Below are positions 18,470 through 28,212 of a DNA stretch of 32,035 nucleotides, piece after piece (position 1 is the first letter of the stretch; each line of letters begins with the position of its first letter). The stretch is from positions 1 through 32,035 of the forward strand of contig JBMYNR010000017.1 in the NCBI GenBank assembly GCA_049598495.1, in the 5' to 3' direction. The position numbers and the translations under genes are program-made. The stretch comes from Opitutales bacterium. Lineage in GTDB: Bacteria > Verrucomicrobiota > Verrucomicrobiia > Opitutales > Coraliomargaritaceae. Below the pieces are notes generated by a model. It ran no database searches. It saw nothing but the letters and a program-made list of their open reading frames with translations, and had not been told where the DNA came from.

Positions 18470-18813
18470 TGAAAAAAGCATACCTTACTTTCGGCTTTCT
18501 GGTCGGGTTTGTCGCCGCATCCCTTGTTTTTGCATTACTGAAACCGAGTGGGGGTGGTGATTCCGGCGAAGTGAAGCGAATGAAAATTGCGCATACGCTG
18601 CCCACGAGTCACCCGGTGCATGCCGGGATTGAGAATTTTGCTGAGCGAGTGGCTTTTCACTCCGGCGGGCGTTTGCATTTTGATGTCTTCCCAAATGGTC
18701 AGCTCGGCAGCGAAACCCAGACGCTTGAGCAGATGCAGTCGGGCACCTTGGATGTGGCCAAGGTCGGCGGAGCCGTGCTGGGTAGTTTCGTGCCCTCGGC
18801 CAAGGTTTTCTGA
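18470..18813 (+). pseudogene. Truncated TRAP transporter substrate-binding protein (DctP family), N-terminal 114 aa only
   Basis: N-terminal hydrophobic anchor, KIAHTLPTSHPVH, SGGRLHFDVFPNGQLGSE...QMQSGTLDVAKV. Stops at KVF*, just before the usual xLPY/FLF motif. No dctQ/dctM follow. Confidence 0.8.
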
Positions 18814-18857
18814 ATCCCATCGTTGCCAGCACCACCTAAAGGCTCTTTGTGTCTGGT

Positions 18858-20123
18858 ATGTCAAAACCCCTCGCAGTCTTTGGTGCAGGTCGCAGCGGCC
18901 AGGCGGCCAAGCATCTCGCATTGAGTGAAGGCTTGGATGTGGTCGTCTTTGATGAAAATGGGCAGGGGGACGCTTCCGAATTTTCGAAGGCTGATTTGGA
19001 TGGCTACAGCCGTTGTGTCTTTAGCCCTGGTTTCGCAGCATCCCATCCCTGGAGAGTGTTGGCGGAAAATTCCGCTCTGCCCTGTCTGAGCGAGATCGCG
19101 TTTGCAGCTCAATATTGGAAGGGTGCGATCATTGGAATCACCGGAACCAACGGGAAGAGCACGCTCACGGCCTTACTGGAGAAGGCACTCCACGGGGCGG
19201 GCCACTCGGCCCTTGCTGCCGGTAATATTGGCTACCCGTTTTCGGACGCGGCATTGACCGAGGCAAACCGCGAGGATGCCTACGCCGTGGTTGAGATTAG
19301 CTCCTTTCAAGCCGAGCTCGCTGAAGGACTTCAACTCGATGCCCTGCTTTGGACGAATTTTGCAGAAGATCATTTGGATCGCTATCACTCGATGCCTAGC
19401 TACTTCGATGCAAAAGCCCGCCTGTTTGATTGCCTGAAGCCGAACGGCATTTGTGTGCTCGGCCCGCAGCTTACACATTGGATCAAGAGCCTGAACAAGG
19501 AGTTCGATGTTGGTAAGGTCGCTAGCGAAGATATTTCAGATATTGCCCAACTGGCCCCCGAATCCGTTTTTCATGCTTACCCCTACTCGGAGAATTTCGC
19601 GCTCGCTGCAGAGTTGTGGCGGCGTTTGGGTCGGCCGACTGAGACGCTGGTCCGCGCAGCGAATACCTTTTCGCTGGCACCGCACCGGCTCTCAGTAGTG
19701 GCCAAGCGCGGCAATGTCTCATTCTGGAATGATTCGAAGGCAACGAATTTCCATGCTACTTTGGCCGCCGTCAAGGCCGTGGAGGGACCCATCGTATGGA
19801 TTGGAGGCGGCCGTTTTAAGGGGGGTGACGTCGAGTCCTTTGCCAAAGAGCTCAGTGGTCAGATCGATGCAGCGGTTGTATATGGTGAAGTCGCGCAGCG
19901 GTTATCGATGGCCTTGGCCCATCTCGTGGATGTGATTGAGATTGAGGAGTTCTTCGAAGATGCGGTTCGCCGAGCCTCCGAAATCGCTGAAAGTATATCG
20001 AATGCGAATGTTTTGCTGAGCCCCGGTTTTTCGAGTTTCGATCAATTTGAGTCCTTTGATGAGCGTGGAAAAAGCTTCAGCAGAACGGTTTTAGGTTTGA
20101 AGAACGCCCTTGAGCCTAGCTAA
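18858..20123 (+). CDS. murD: UDP-N-acetylmuramoyl-L-alanine--D-glutamate ligase
   Basis: GAGRSG, FSPG, GITGTNGKST, GNIG, EISSFQ, DHLDRY, HRL, NDSKATN, LLSPGFSSFDQF..RG. Confidence 0.95.
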   Translation: MSKPLAVFGAGRSGQAAKHLALSEGLDVVVFDENGQGDASEFSKADLDGYSRCVFSPGFAASHPWRVLAENSALPCLSEIAFAAQYWKGAIIGITGTNGKSTLTALLEKALHGAGHSALAAGNIGYPFSDAALTEANREDAYAVVEISSFQAELAEGLQLDALLWTNFAEDHLDRYHSMPSYFDAKARLFDCLKPNGICVLGPQLTHWIKSLNKEFDVGKVASEDISDIAQLAPESVFHAYPYSENFALAAELWRRLGRPTETLVRAANTFSLAPHRLSVVAKRGNVSFWNDSKATNFHATLAAVKAVEGPIVWIGGGRFKGGDVESFAKELSGQIDAAVVYGEVAQRLSMALAHLVDVIEIEEFFEDAVRRASEIAESISNANVLLSPGFSSFDQFESFDERGKSFSRTVLGLKNALEPS

Positions 20124-20159
20124 TGTGCTATTTGCAAAGCATTTGTAACATTTTTAATT

Positions 20160-21299
20160 ATGAAAGTATCCAAGATCTTCGGCTGCGTTCTCGGCCTTCA
20201 TCTATGTGTTATCGCCGCACTTTTGGTGCAGCCGGGCTGCCAAACAAAGCAGCCTCCGACAAGGACTTACACGCAGGAAGGCACCATGGGGTCATCTGCC
20301 GTGGGTGCTGGCGGCACTTCGGTCGACCTGCTTGAGGCCAGCGCAGATTCCGTCCAGAGTCTTGACGCGGCCTTTAATGCCGGTTTCGGGGCGGAAAATC
20401 AATTCGGCGAATTGCAAAGCGTGGAACCCATTGCGCCGTTGCCCTCAGGCGGTCCCTCAGGTGGTCAGACAGTTTCGGTAAACGGGCCTTCGTTCGAGAC
20501 ATATACTGTGGAGAGGGGCGACAATCTCTGGACCATCGCCAAGCGTAACAATGTATCTCTGAACGAGCTTTATGCGGCCAACGGGCTCAACAAGGACTCA
20601 ATCCTTCGGATCGGTCAGCAAATTCAGATTCCGGTTGAAGGTAGCACTGCCAAGGTGAATGCCATGACTGCCGATACCTACCAGCCCACCTCATTCAACC
20701 AAGGTAGCACGACCTACACTGTGCAGGGTGGTGACACACTCTCCAGGATCGCCAAGCTATACGACACCTCTGTTGGTGCGATTAAGGCGGCTAACGAGAA
20801 GACATCGGATATGATCCGTATCGGTGAAGAGCTGATGATCCCCGTTTCTGGTTCGACCGCGGGTTCCTCAGTAACGACAAATCTTGCATCTGAGGGAGCT
20901 CCTGTCGCGGGCGGACGCACGCACAAAGTCAAGGCAGGAGAATACCCCGTGACAATCGCCCGCCAATACGGGATGACCACGGATGAACTGCTGTCACTGA
21001 ACGGGATTACGGATCCTCGGAAATTACAGGTCGGTCAAATCCTTGAGGTGAGTGGTTCGGGGCCCGCTGTGAATGTGGATGCCCGCATCGAGACCGTCGA
21101 GGCTCCTGCTATACCCACGCCGGCCACGCCGGCCCCTCCGGCCCCTATCCCGGTTGAGGTAGATACGGCAAATAGGGTTGCCAGTGAGATTACTGTGGTC
21201 GAGGCGGACCCGATTGTTGGGGCCGAGGCAAGCGAGATACGGATCGACGAGCAGTTTGAAGGTGCCCCCGAGATCGAGATCATTCGACTCGAAGAGTAG
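20160..21299 (+). CDS. LysM peptidoglycan-binding protein (3 LysM domains, N-terminal anchor or lipoprotein signal)
   Basis: YTVERGDNLWTIA, YTVQGGDTLSRIA, HKVKAGEYPVTIA; hydrophobic N-terminus ending QPGC; Pro/Ala-rich and acidic tail. Confidence 0.9.
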   Translation: MKVSKIFGCVLGLHLCVIAALLVQPGCQTKQPPTRTYTQEGTMGSSAVGAGGTSVDLLEASADSVQSLDAAFNAGFGAENQFGELQSVEPIAPLPSGGPSGGQTVSVNGPSFETYTVERGDNLWTIAKRNNVSLNELYAANGLNKDSILRIGQQIQIPVEGSTAKVNAMTADTYQPTSFNQGSTTYTVQGGDTLSRIAKLYDTSVGAIKAANEKTSDMIRIGEELMIPVSGSTAGSSVTTNLASEGAPVAGGRTHKVKAGEYPVTIARQYGMTTDELLSLNGITDPRKLQVGQILEVSGSGPAVNVDARIETVEAPAIPTPATPAPPAPIPVEVDTANRVASEITVVEADPIVGAEASEIRIDEQFEGAPEIEIIRLEE

Positions 21300-21341
21300 T
21301 CTATCCCGCTTGCATACTCGCTTCGAGACGGTCCGAACAGA

Positions 21342-22469
21342 ATGAGCTCTACCTCGTTTTGGCGCATCCCGCCTATCGGGCTTTTTCTGATTCTTATTGT
21401 TGTAGGGCTTACTTTTCTCGGACTCGTTATTTTATTCAGTGTATCGCAGGCGATGCATGATGACCCGACCGCGCTGCTGCGAAAGCAATTGATTTGGTTG
21501 GTCCTGGCTTCGATTGCGGGCTTACTCGCGATGATCGTTAATCTCGAGGCGCTGCGTGATTATGCCTACCTGCTGGCCGCCGGTGCTGCGGTGCTACTTC
21601 TCCTCGTATTAGTTCCGGGGATCGGGGTAGAGGTTAACGGCGCGCGTCGATGGATGGATTTCGGCTTCATGCGTCTCCAAGTCTCGGAGATAGGCAAGTT
21701 GGGCCTGATGTTTGCCCTCGCTCATTATCTGGCGAGTCATCGGCGTGATCTCGACCGCGCAGTCAAGGGCTACCTCATGCCCTGTGGGATACTCGCTATC
21801 ATATGTGGATTGATTATCCTGGAGCCCGATTTTGGAACCTCCTTTCTTTGCGGAGCCGTTGGCGGATGTATGCTCTTCCTGGCCGGGGTGCGGCTTAAGT
21901 TTCTAATCCCGACGGGAGTCCTGGCCTTGGTGGGATTTGCGGTCGCCGTCTACCACGACCCCGTTCGACTCCAGCGGATCACCTCCTTTCTGGATGTCGA
22001 AGGCAATCGCACCGATTCTGCCTATCAGTTATGGCAGGGGATCTTGGCATTTGGCGCGGGTGGCTTGCACGGTGTTGGTCTGGGGGAGGGCCGCCAGCAA
22101 ATGTCTTTCCTGCCTGAGGCGCATACGGACTTTATTTTTGCCATTGTTGGGGAAGAGTTGGGCTTTTTATTTACGGCCGGGGTGGTCGTTCTCTTCATGA
22201 CGCTTTTTTTCATAGGGGTCCTCCAGCTCCGCCGCGCTCCAAATCTATATCAATACCTTCTTGTGATGGGGGCTCTCCTGTTTGTGACCTTTCAGGCACT
22301 GATCAATATTGGAGTCGTCACCGGTTGCTTGCCGACGAAGGGGATGTCTTTACCTTTTATTTCCTATGGTGGGTCCAATCTGGTTTTTATGTTCACGCTC
22401 ACGGGCATTATTTTGAATGGGTTCCGAACATGGGACATGCCCGTGCTGAGGAGGCAGCGTGATCTATGA
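21342..22469 (+). CDS. ftsW: Peptidoglycan glycosyltransferase FtsW (SEDS family)
   Basis: NGARRW, QVSEIGK, LEPDFGT, LPEAHTDFIFAIVGEELG, LPTKGMSLPFISYGGS; precedes murG. Confidence 0.95.
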   Translation: MSSTSFWRIPPIGLFLILIVVGLTFLGLVILFSVSQAMHDDPTALLRKQLIWLVLASIAGLLAMIVNLEALRDYAYLLAAGAAVLLLLVLVPGIGVEVNGARRWMDFGFMRLQVSEIGKLGLMFALAHYLASHRRDLDRAVKGYLMPCGILAIICGLIILEPDFGTSFLCGAVGGCMLFLAGVRLKFLIPTGVLALVGFAVAVYHDPVRLQRITSFLDVEGNRTDSAYQLWQGILAFGAGGLHGVGLGEGRQQMSFLPEAHTDFIFAIVGEELGFLFTAGVVVLFMTLFFIGVLQLRRAPNLYQYLLVMGALLFVTFQALINIGVVTGCLPTKGMSLPFISYGGSNLVFMFTLTGIILNGFRTWDMPVLRRQRDL

Positions 22470-23593
22470 GTAAGTTTATCATTGCCTGTGGTGGAACCGG
22501 CGGCCATCTGGCGCCGGGCATTGCGGTCGCTGAGGCCTTGCAGGGGCAAGGCCATACCTGTCTGCTCCTTATTAGTAAGAAGCAAGTCGACTCCGCGCTG
22601 GTAGAAAAATACCGCCACCTCGATTTCGTTAAGACACCGGGTCGAGCATTTGCGGGAGGCATTCTGTCCCGCCTGGCTTTTATCGGCAGTCTTTTATCAG
22701 GCTTCTTTTCCGCGCGCCGTCTGCTCAGGGAGGAGGAGCCGGATTTGATTCTTCTCTTCGGTGGTTTTCTTTCGCTAGGGCTCGGCTTGGCTGCGAACCT
22801 TGCTGGCGTCCCCGTTGCCTTGCACGAGGCCAACTGCAAGCCGGGTCGGGCAGTCCGTTTTATTAAGCATCTATCCATGCGTGTCTATCTGCCGGAGGGC
22901 GTGCGCCTTTCCGGAGTTCCACCGGAAAGGGTTCGCTATCTGGGCTATCCCGTTCGAAAGGAAATTAAACACGCTCTGAAAGCGGATGCATGGAAACGCC
23001 TTGGGATCGAAGTGCCGAATAAGCTACTTGTGGTGATCGGGGGGAGTCAGGGAGCAACCGCGCTCAACGAATGGGTAACCCGGAGTTTCCCCCTCCTCGC
23101 CAAGGCGGGGATCTCTGTCTACTGTGTAACCGGTTTGGGGAACAGCTCAGTCAGTACTTTGCACGAGATCGGCCGAGGTGGGGTCGATATCACCGCAACC
23201 TTCACGCCGTTTTCGGATCGAATGGGTGATGTGGTCTCTGCGGCTGATTTGGTTGTTTCTCGTGCGGGAGCCGGGGCGATTGCGGAAATTATCCGCTGTC
23301 GTGCGCCGTCCATTCTCGTTCCTTATCCTTATGCCGCCGATGACCACCAGTTTGCCAACGCTCTCGCCCATGAGCAGCATGGAGCCGGTTTGCTTTTGCC
23401 GCAAAGCAAGCTCGAGCAATTAACTGCAGAGGTTGTCGACCTCATGTTTAACGACTGGCTCTTAAGTAAGTTTAAGTCGAATTTGGAGCGTCTGGATCGT
23501 TTTGATTCCAGCGAGCAGATCGCAGCCGATCTCCTGGCAATTTGTAAGGAGCAGGAAATGATGAAAGCAGATAGACTGGAGCCGCTTGCATGA
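22466..23593 (+). CDS. murG: Lipid II synthesis N-acetylglucosamine transferase MurG
   Basis: GGTGGHLAP, HEAN..PG, GYPVR, GGSQGA, SRAGAG, PYPYAADDHQ..NA. Confidence 0.96.
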   Translation: MSKFIIACGGTGGHLAPGIAVAEALQGQGHTCLLLISKKQVDSALVEKYRHLDFVKTPGRAFAGGILSRLAFIGSLLSGFFSARRLLREEEPDLILLFGGFLSLGLGLAANLAGVPVALHEANCKPGRAVRFIKHLSMRVYLPEGVRLSGVPPERVRYLGYPVRKEIKHALKADAWKRLGIEVPNKLLVVIGGSQGATALNEWVTRSFPLLAKAGISVYCVTGLGNSSVSTLHEIGRGGVDITATFTPFSDRMGDVVSAADLVVSRAGAGAIAEIIRCRAPSILVPYPYAADDHQFANALAHEQHGAGLLLPQSKLEQLTAEVVDLMFNDWLLSKFKSNLERLDRFDSSEQIAADLLAICKEQEMMKADRLEPLA

Positions 23594-25806
23594 TTTCAGA
23601 AGAAAAGATTCTCTTTATTGGGGTTGGTGGTATGGGGATGGCCCCCCTCGCTTCATGGATGTCTCAGGCAGGCTATTCAATAACTGGTTACGATCAACAT
23701 CTCCAGGAGCGTGTCCGGGTCTGGCTTGACGAGTCGGGTGTCCGTTTGAGGGATTTTATCTTTGCCGAGCAGTTAAATACCTTTGACCTGATCGTATATT
23801 CAAGTGCGGTTCCTCAGGATCACCCTTTGCTGGTCGCTGCACGTGAGTCCGACCTCAAACAACTTCGGCGAGGTGAGATGTTGGCTCGCGTGGCCGAGGG
23901 GAAGCGGCTCGTTGCGGTCGTTGGTAGCCATGGGAAAACGACGACTGCGGGTATGATTGCACATGGCATCCGGCAGTGTGGATTTGGAGCCAACTATATT
24001 CTTGGAGGTCTGTTTGCAGACGACGAAGTGAGCCCAAGTCGCTACACGGAGGATGAGTGGTTGATCGCAGAGGTGGATGAGAGCGATGGGACGATCGACC
24101 AGTTTTCTCCTGAGGTAAGCCTTGTTTTGAATATAGATTGGGATCATGCGGATCGCTATGTCGACGCAAAGGCTCTTCGGGTCGCTTTTTCCGGGCTCCT
24201 CAAGCGAACTCAAGCGACCATCCTACTTCCCGAGAAGATGGAATTAGGAGACCTGGGTCCTGCAGCGTGCGAGTATTACTTAGGCCGTGCGGATGCCATG
24301 GGTTTGGAACGCCCGCTCGCAGGCCGCTTTAATCAGATGAACGGCGACGCCGCTGCTGCCGTCCTGTCTCTATTGGGCGGTGATGTGAAAAAAGACAGTT
24401 TGTCTTCCTTTGGCGGAATTGCGCGTAGGCAAGGGGTCCTTCATGTGGAGGATACCCTTCTGATTATTGAGGACTACGCGCATCATCCCACCGAGATCGA
24501 TGCGCTTATCGAATGCCTGCGGGAGAATGAACCCGGGCGCGAATTGGTTGTTGTCTTTCAACCGCATCGTTTCTCTCGCACATTACAGTTTAAAGAGGCC
24601 TTTGCGGCATCCTTGTCGGCGGCGGACGAGGTCTTTCTCCTACCGGTTTACGCGGCACATGAGCGGAGCATAGAGGATGCCGATAGTGCTGCCCTGGCCT
24701 GTGCTTTCCCCGAGGGAAGGCCGTCCATTTTAGATATGTCTTTTGAGGGAATCAAAACCCTTGCACAGAGTCTTTCCGGTCGAAGGATACAACTCGCCTT
24801 TGTCGGCGCCGGGAATATCGAGGAGTTCGCGCATGCTTTTGCGGCCTATCATGTATCCGGTGCCCGAATCGAGAACGCATGGGAAGCCTATATGGAGATG
24901 CGGATTTCGCCGGAATGCACGCTTCGGTGCGCTGAGCCGCTGGCCAAGAAGACGACCATTCGAATCGGTGGCTCGGCGCGTTTCTATGCTGAGCCGGCGA
25001 ATCTGAGTGATCTAAGGGAGCTCTTGCGCGCCGCGGAGCTCTTTTCCTTGAAGACATTTTGTCTCGGGCGTGGCTCGAATCTACTGGTGCCCGATGAAGG
25101 CTTCGATGGTCTTGTCATTCGTTTCTCTGCGCCCACATGGCGGCGGGTTGAATCATTGGGCGAAGGGCGCATCTGGGCCGCTGCGGGTGGACGTCTAAAG
25201 GAGATTTGTGGCTTTGCTGCCAAGAATGGACTTGCGGGCTTCGAGTTCCTTGAAGGCATTCCGGGGGCTGTTGGGGGTGCACTTAGAATGAATGCCGGCG
25301 CCATGGGGAGTTGGATGTTTGACGTCGTCGAACGGGTTCAGTTTATTGACGAGTCGGGCGTTTATCAGGATTTACCCAAGGAGGCCTTCCATTTCGGCTA
25401 TCGTAAAGTGGAGGAGATCAGCCGTGGAATCGCGCTTGGCGCGATTCTTGGCAGTGCGAGCTCCGGCTCGGAATCATGTATTCGCCGACGTATCGACAGC
25501 TATTCCAATACCCGAAAGGAGAGTCAGCCGCGCGGAGCGAGTGCGGGGTGTATCTTTAAGAACCCTGAAGGTCATTATGCGGGCAAGCTGATTGATGAGT
25601 TGGGGATCAAGGGGATGCGTGTGGGTTCTGCGGAGGTATCGGATGTTCACGGGAATTTTATCGTGAATCATGGTGGTGCCACGGCATCGGATGTGATCGA
25701 ACTGATCCGTCGAGTGAGGGCCAAGGTGAAAGCCGAGACCGGTTACATTTTGGAACCGGAGGTCTTGCTTGTCGGGCAGTCATGGAATGAGGTCTTGAGT
25801 GAATGA
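23590..25806 (+). CDS. murC-murB: MurC-MurB fusion (UDP-MurNAc--L-Ala ligase + UDP-N-acetylenolpyruvoylglucosamine reductase)
   Basis: N-terminal part GVGGMGM, GSHGKTTT, EVDESDG, DYAHHPTE, FQPHRFSR; C-terminal part TIRIGG, GRGSNLL, IPGAVGGALRMNAGA, SAGCIFKNP, HGNFIVN, LEPEV; single open frame. Confidence 0.93.
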   Translation: MISEEKILFIGVGGMGMAPLASWMSQAGYSITGYDQHLQERVRVWLDESGVRLRDFIFAEQLNTFDLIVYSSAVPQDHPLLVAARESDLKQLRRGEMLARVAEGKRLVAVVGSHGKTTTAGMIAHGIRQCGFGANYILGGLFADDEVSPSRYTEDEWLIAEVDESDGTIDQFSPEVSLVLNIDWDHADRYVDAKALRVAFSGLLKRTQATILLPEKMELGDLGPAACEYYLGRADAMGLERPLAGRFNQMNGDAAAAVLSLLGGDVKKDSLSSFGGIARRQGVLHVEDTLLIIEDYAHHPTEIDALIECLRENEPGRELVVVFQPHRFSRTLQFKEAFAASLSAADEVFLLPVYAAHERSIEDADSAALACAFPEGRPSILDMSFEGIKTLAQSLSGRRIQLAFVGAGNIEEFAHAFAAYHVSGARIENAWEAYMEMRISPECTLRCAEPLAKKTTIRIGGSARFYAEPANLSDLRELLRAAELFSLKTFCLGRGSNLLVPDEGFDGLVIRFSAPTWRRVESLGEGRIWAAAGGRLKEICGFAAKNGLAGFEFLEGIPGAVGGALRMNAGAMGSWMFDVVERVQFIDESGVYQDLPKEAFHFGYRKVEEISRGIALGAILGSASSGSESCIRRRIDSYSNTRKESQPRGASAGCIFKNPEGHYAGKLIDELGIKGMRVGSAEVSDVHGNFIVNHGGATASDVIELIRRVRAKVKAETGYILEPEVLLVGQSWNEVLSE

Positions 25807-26726
25807 GTAATCCCCCGAAAATTACCGTTCTCTATGGTGGCGTTGGCCCAGAGCGTGAAGTCTCGCTACAGAGTGGCGAAGCGATCGCAGATGCCCTTGC
25901 TGCAAGCTACGATGTGGAGCGTATTCGTTTGGATTCAGAGGAGTTGCCCGCGTCCCTTGCGGGAGGGGAGTCGTTGGTCTTTCCGGCATTACATGGTCGT
26001 TTCGGCGAAGACGGGCGTCTTCAGGAACTGATGGAAGCCGAAGGGATTATCTATTGCGGAAGTGACTCAGCAGCTAGCCGGCTTTGTATGGACAAGGCCG
26101 CGACCAAGCGGATGGCCGCTGACCTTGGCATACGAGTCCCCGAAGGCATTCGTTTTGACGGGACGCAGGCACCGCTTGCGGATGATGTGATTGGGCAGCT
26201 TGGCGAATCGCTTGTGGTTAAGCCTGCCGACCAGGGGAGTAGTGTCGGTCTCCATTTTGCCGAGCATCGCTCCGCGCTAGGTGTCGCCTTGTCCACGATA
26301 CGGTCGGGGCAGTGGTTGATCGAACAGCGTATTCGCGGGCGCGAACTTACGGTGGGTATTCTCAAGGGTGCTGCCATGGGTATCGTCGAAATTGTCAGTG
26401 GGAGCGGAGTTTATGATTATAAGGCAAAGTATACTCCTGGCTCCACAAGTTATCGCTACCCCGCCGATCTAGAGTCTGCGGTGGAGGCCGAGATCAAGGA
26501 TGCTGCCGAGCAAGTATTTGAGGCTTGTGGTTGTCGGGATTTTGCGCGCATCGATTTCCTGCTCGACGGAAAGAAGGCCTATTTTCTTGAAGTGAACACG
26601 CTTCCTGGACTGACCGCGACAAGCTTGCTGCCTAAAAGCGCTTCATGTATCGGTTTTGATTTCGAAGGTTTGGCGGCGGGACTAGTTGACCCTGCGATGC
26701 AACGTTTTAAGGAGGGCCTTCGATGA
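25803..26726 (+). CDS. ddl: D-alanine--D-alanine ligase
   Basis: GGVGPEREVSLQSG, LHGRFGEDG, CMDK, KPADQGSSVG, YDYKAKY, RIDF, EVNTLPGLT. Confidence 0.96.
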   Translation: MSNPPKITVLYGGVGPEREVSLQSGEAIADALAASYDVERIRLDSEELPASLAGGESLVFPALHGRFGEDGRLQELMEAEGIIYCGSDSAASRLCMDKAATKRMAADLGIRVPEGIRFDGTQAPLADDVIGQLGESLVVKPADQGSSVGLHFAEHRSALGVALSTIRSGQWLIEQRIRGRELTVGILKGAAMGIVEIVSGSGVYDYKAKYTPGSTSYRYPADLESAVEAEIKDAAEQVFEACGCRDFARIDFLLDGKKAYFLEVNTLPGLTATSLLPKSASCIGFDFEGLAAGLVDPAMQRFKEGLR

Positions 26727-27661
26727 TCGGGGGTGGCAAACATAAGGGCAGCACGTCTGCGAGAGGGGATCAGAGTTGGCGATCACTCGCGGGGGGCTCC
26801 AAAACAACAGGAGTCAAATCCACACAGGCACGCAAACGTCGCCAAAGACAGATGTTTAAACTTTGTGGGCTGGTCCTGGGACTTGCTGCTATTCTCGGGG
26901 CTCTTGTGTGGGGCATTATCACCTTTCAGAATCGAGAAGAACCGATCCAGTTAGCTACACCGTCTCAGCCCGTTAAGAAAATTCTCTTTCATACGGATGG
27001 TGTACTCCCGGACCAATGGCTTGATTCGGCGATCGACCTGCGCTCTGGCATGACGTTGATGGAGGTCGATATCCACGAGATGAAGCGTTTGCTTGAATCG
27101 CAGGGCCAAGTGAAAACGGCTGCCGTTGAGCGCGAGTTTCCGGATGCCCTTAAAATCGTTTTGAAGGAACGAATTCCTGTTCTCCGTATGAAAGTGGCCG
27201 GCGCGGATGATCGCCCGGAATTAAGAATCGTAGCTCGTGATGGCACGATATACAAGGGGGAGGGTTACTCAACAGATCGCCTGAGTGAGCTGCCCTATGT
27301 CGTCCCGTATCGCTACCCTGGGGGCGGAGTCCAGCCGATGCGGGGCATCGATAAAGTGGCCGATTTGATCGATGTGGCGCGACGCACCCAGCCTGCATTT
27401 TTTAAGACCTGGAGATCGGTTAATTTGAAATATTATAGCGGCGATCTGGATCTGGCGGGACAAGTAATCGAAGTTAAGTCTTCCATGGTTCCGCGATTGA
27501 TATTCGGCACCCGTGTTGATTTCGCGCAACAATTAGAACGGCTGGCAGTCATTTTGAATTATGTGCAGAGTCGTGGAAACCCGGCCATCAAACGGATCGA
27601 TCTATCCCTGCAGGATTCGGCCGCGGTTCAGTTTGAGAGCGGCCGAATCAGCACATTCTAA
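26723..27661 (+). CDS. ftsQ: Cell division protein FtsQ/DivIB (TM + POTRA)
   Basis: Basic N-tail, single TM, POTRA-like QVKTAAVEREFPDALKIVLKERIP, C-terminal RIDLS; directly after ddl. Confidence 0.85.
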   Translation: MIGGGKHKGSTSARGDQSWRSLAGGSKTTGVKSTQARKRRQRQMFKLCGLVLGLAAILGALVWGIITFQNREEPIQLATPSQPVKKILFHTDGVLPDQWLDSAIDLRSGMTLMEVDIHEMKRLLESQGQVKTAAVEREFPDALKIVLKERIPVLRMKVAGADDRPELRIVARDGTIYKGEGYSTDRLSELPYVVPYRYPGGGVQPMRGIDKVADLIDVARRTQPAFFKTWRSVNLKYYSGDLDLAGQVIEVKSSMVPRLIFGTRVDFAQQLERLAVILNYVQSRGNPAIKRIDLSLQDSAAVQFESGRISTF

Positions 27662-27770
27662 CATCACTTCGAAAAAGCGCTGTCTCTACTGGGTATCATA
27701 AACTCGGCTTCGAGGCACTTCTCTCGAGACAAATTCAACTGGCCATTCAGCAACTATCAATCACACAACT

Positions 27771-27806
27771 GCGTGTAGGACTTCTCAAGTCCGACACGCC
27801 CTTTTT
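27771..27806 (+). terminator. Probable terminator ending the dcw operon
   Basis: GCGTGT-A-GGACTT-CTC-AAGTCC-G-ACACGC followed by CCTTTTT. Confidence 0.6.
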
Positions 27807-27874
27807 CGAATTGGAATAAAATAAGATCAAGTCTGAGTCGACAGATTCGGAGTGCCCGCTTAACTAGCAAAATC

Positions 27875-28153
27875 ATGGATAAGACCGACCCCTTGATTTC
27901 CGTTCAGATCTCCGTCTATGCCCTGGATGGCAATGTACGCGAAGCCGTGCATAGATACCTGGACGCTCTGGATACCGCCGGGGTGGATCGTGATACCGGC
28001 ACAATGTCGACAGTGGTCTGGGGAAAGCCTGAGGAAATCTGGGCAGCTTTGACTGCGGCCTATGAGGCTGTCAGCGCCGAGCATACAGTCATCGTCAACA
28101 CGGTGATGTGCAACGCTGCGCCACTACCCGCGCGGGCTTCCGGTCGACGTTAG
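27875..28153 (+). CDS. YkoF-like thiamine/HMP-binding family small protein
   Basis: ISVQISVYAL...LDALDTAGV...GTMSTVVWG..EEIWAAL pattern of the ferredoxin-like YkoF/thiamine-binding fold. Confidence 0.7.
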   Translation: MDKTDPLISVQISVYALDGNVREAVHRYLDALDTAGVDRDTGTMSTVVWGKPEEIWAALTAAYEAVSAEHTVIVNTVMCNAAPLPARASGRR

Positions 28154-28212
28154 TCCGGAAGACAGCATTCCATCATTCTAGTATTACAAACTTTCACCTT
28201 TATTCCTTCCCC

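Noticed and set aside
27662..27874. TPP riboswitch upstream of the YkoF-like gene, or a RAYT C-terminal relic (WPFSNY)
   Set aside because: No CTGAGA / ACCTGA TPP core motifs in the right arrangement. The peptide resemblance is a single short motif without HUH or NP motifs.
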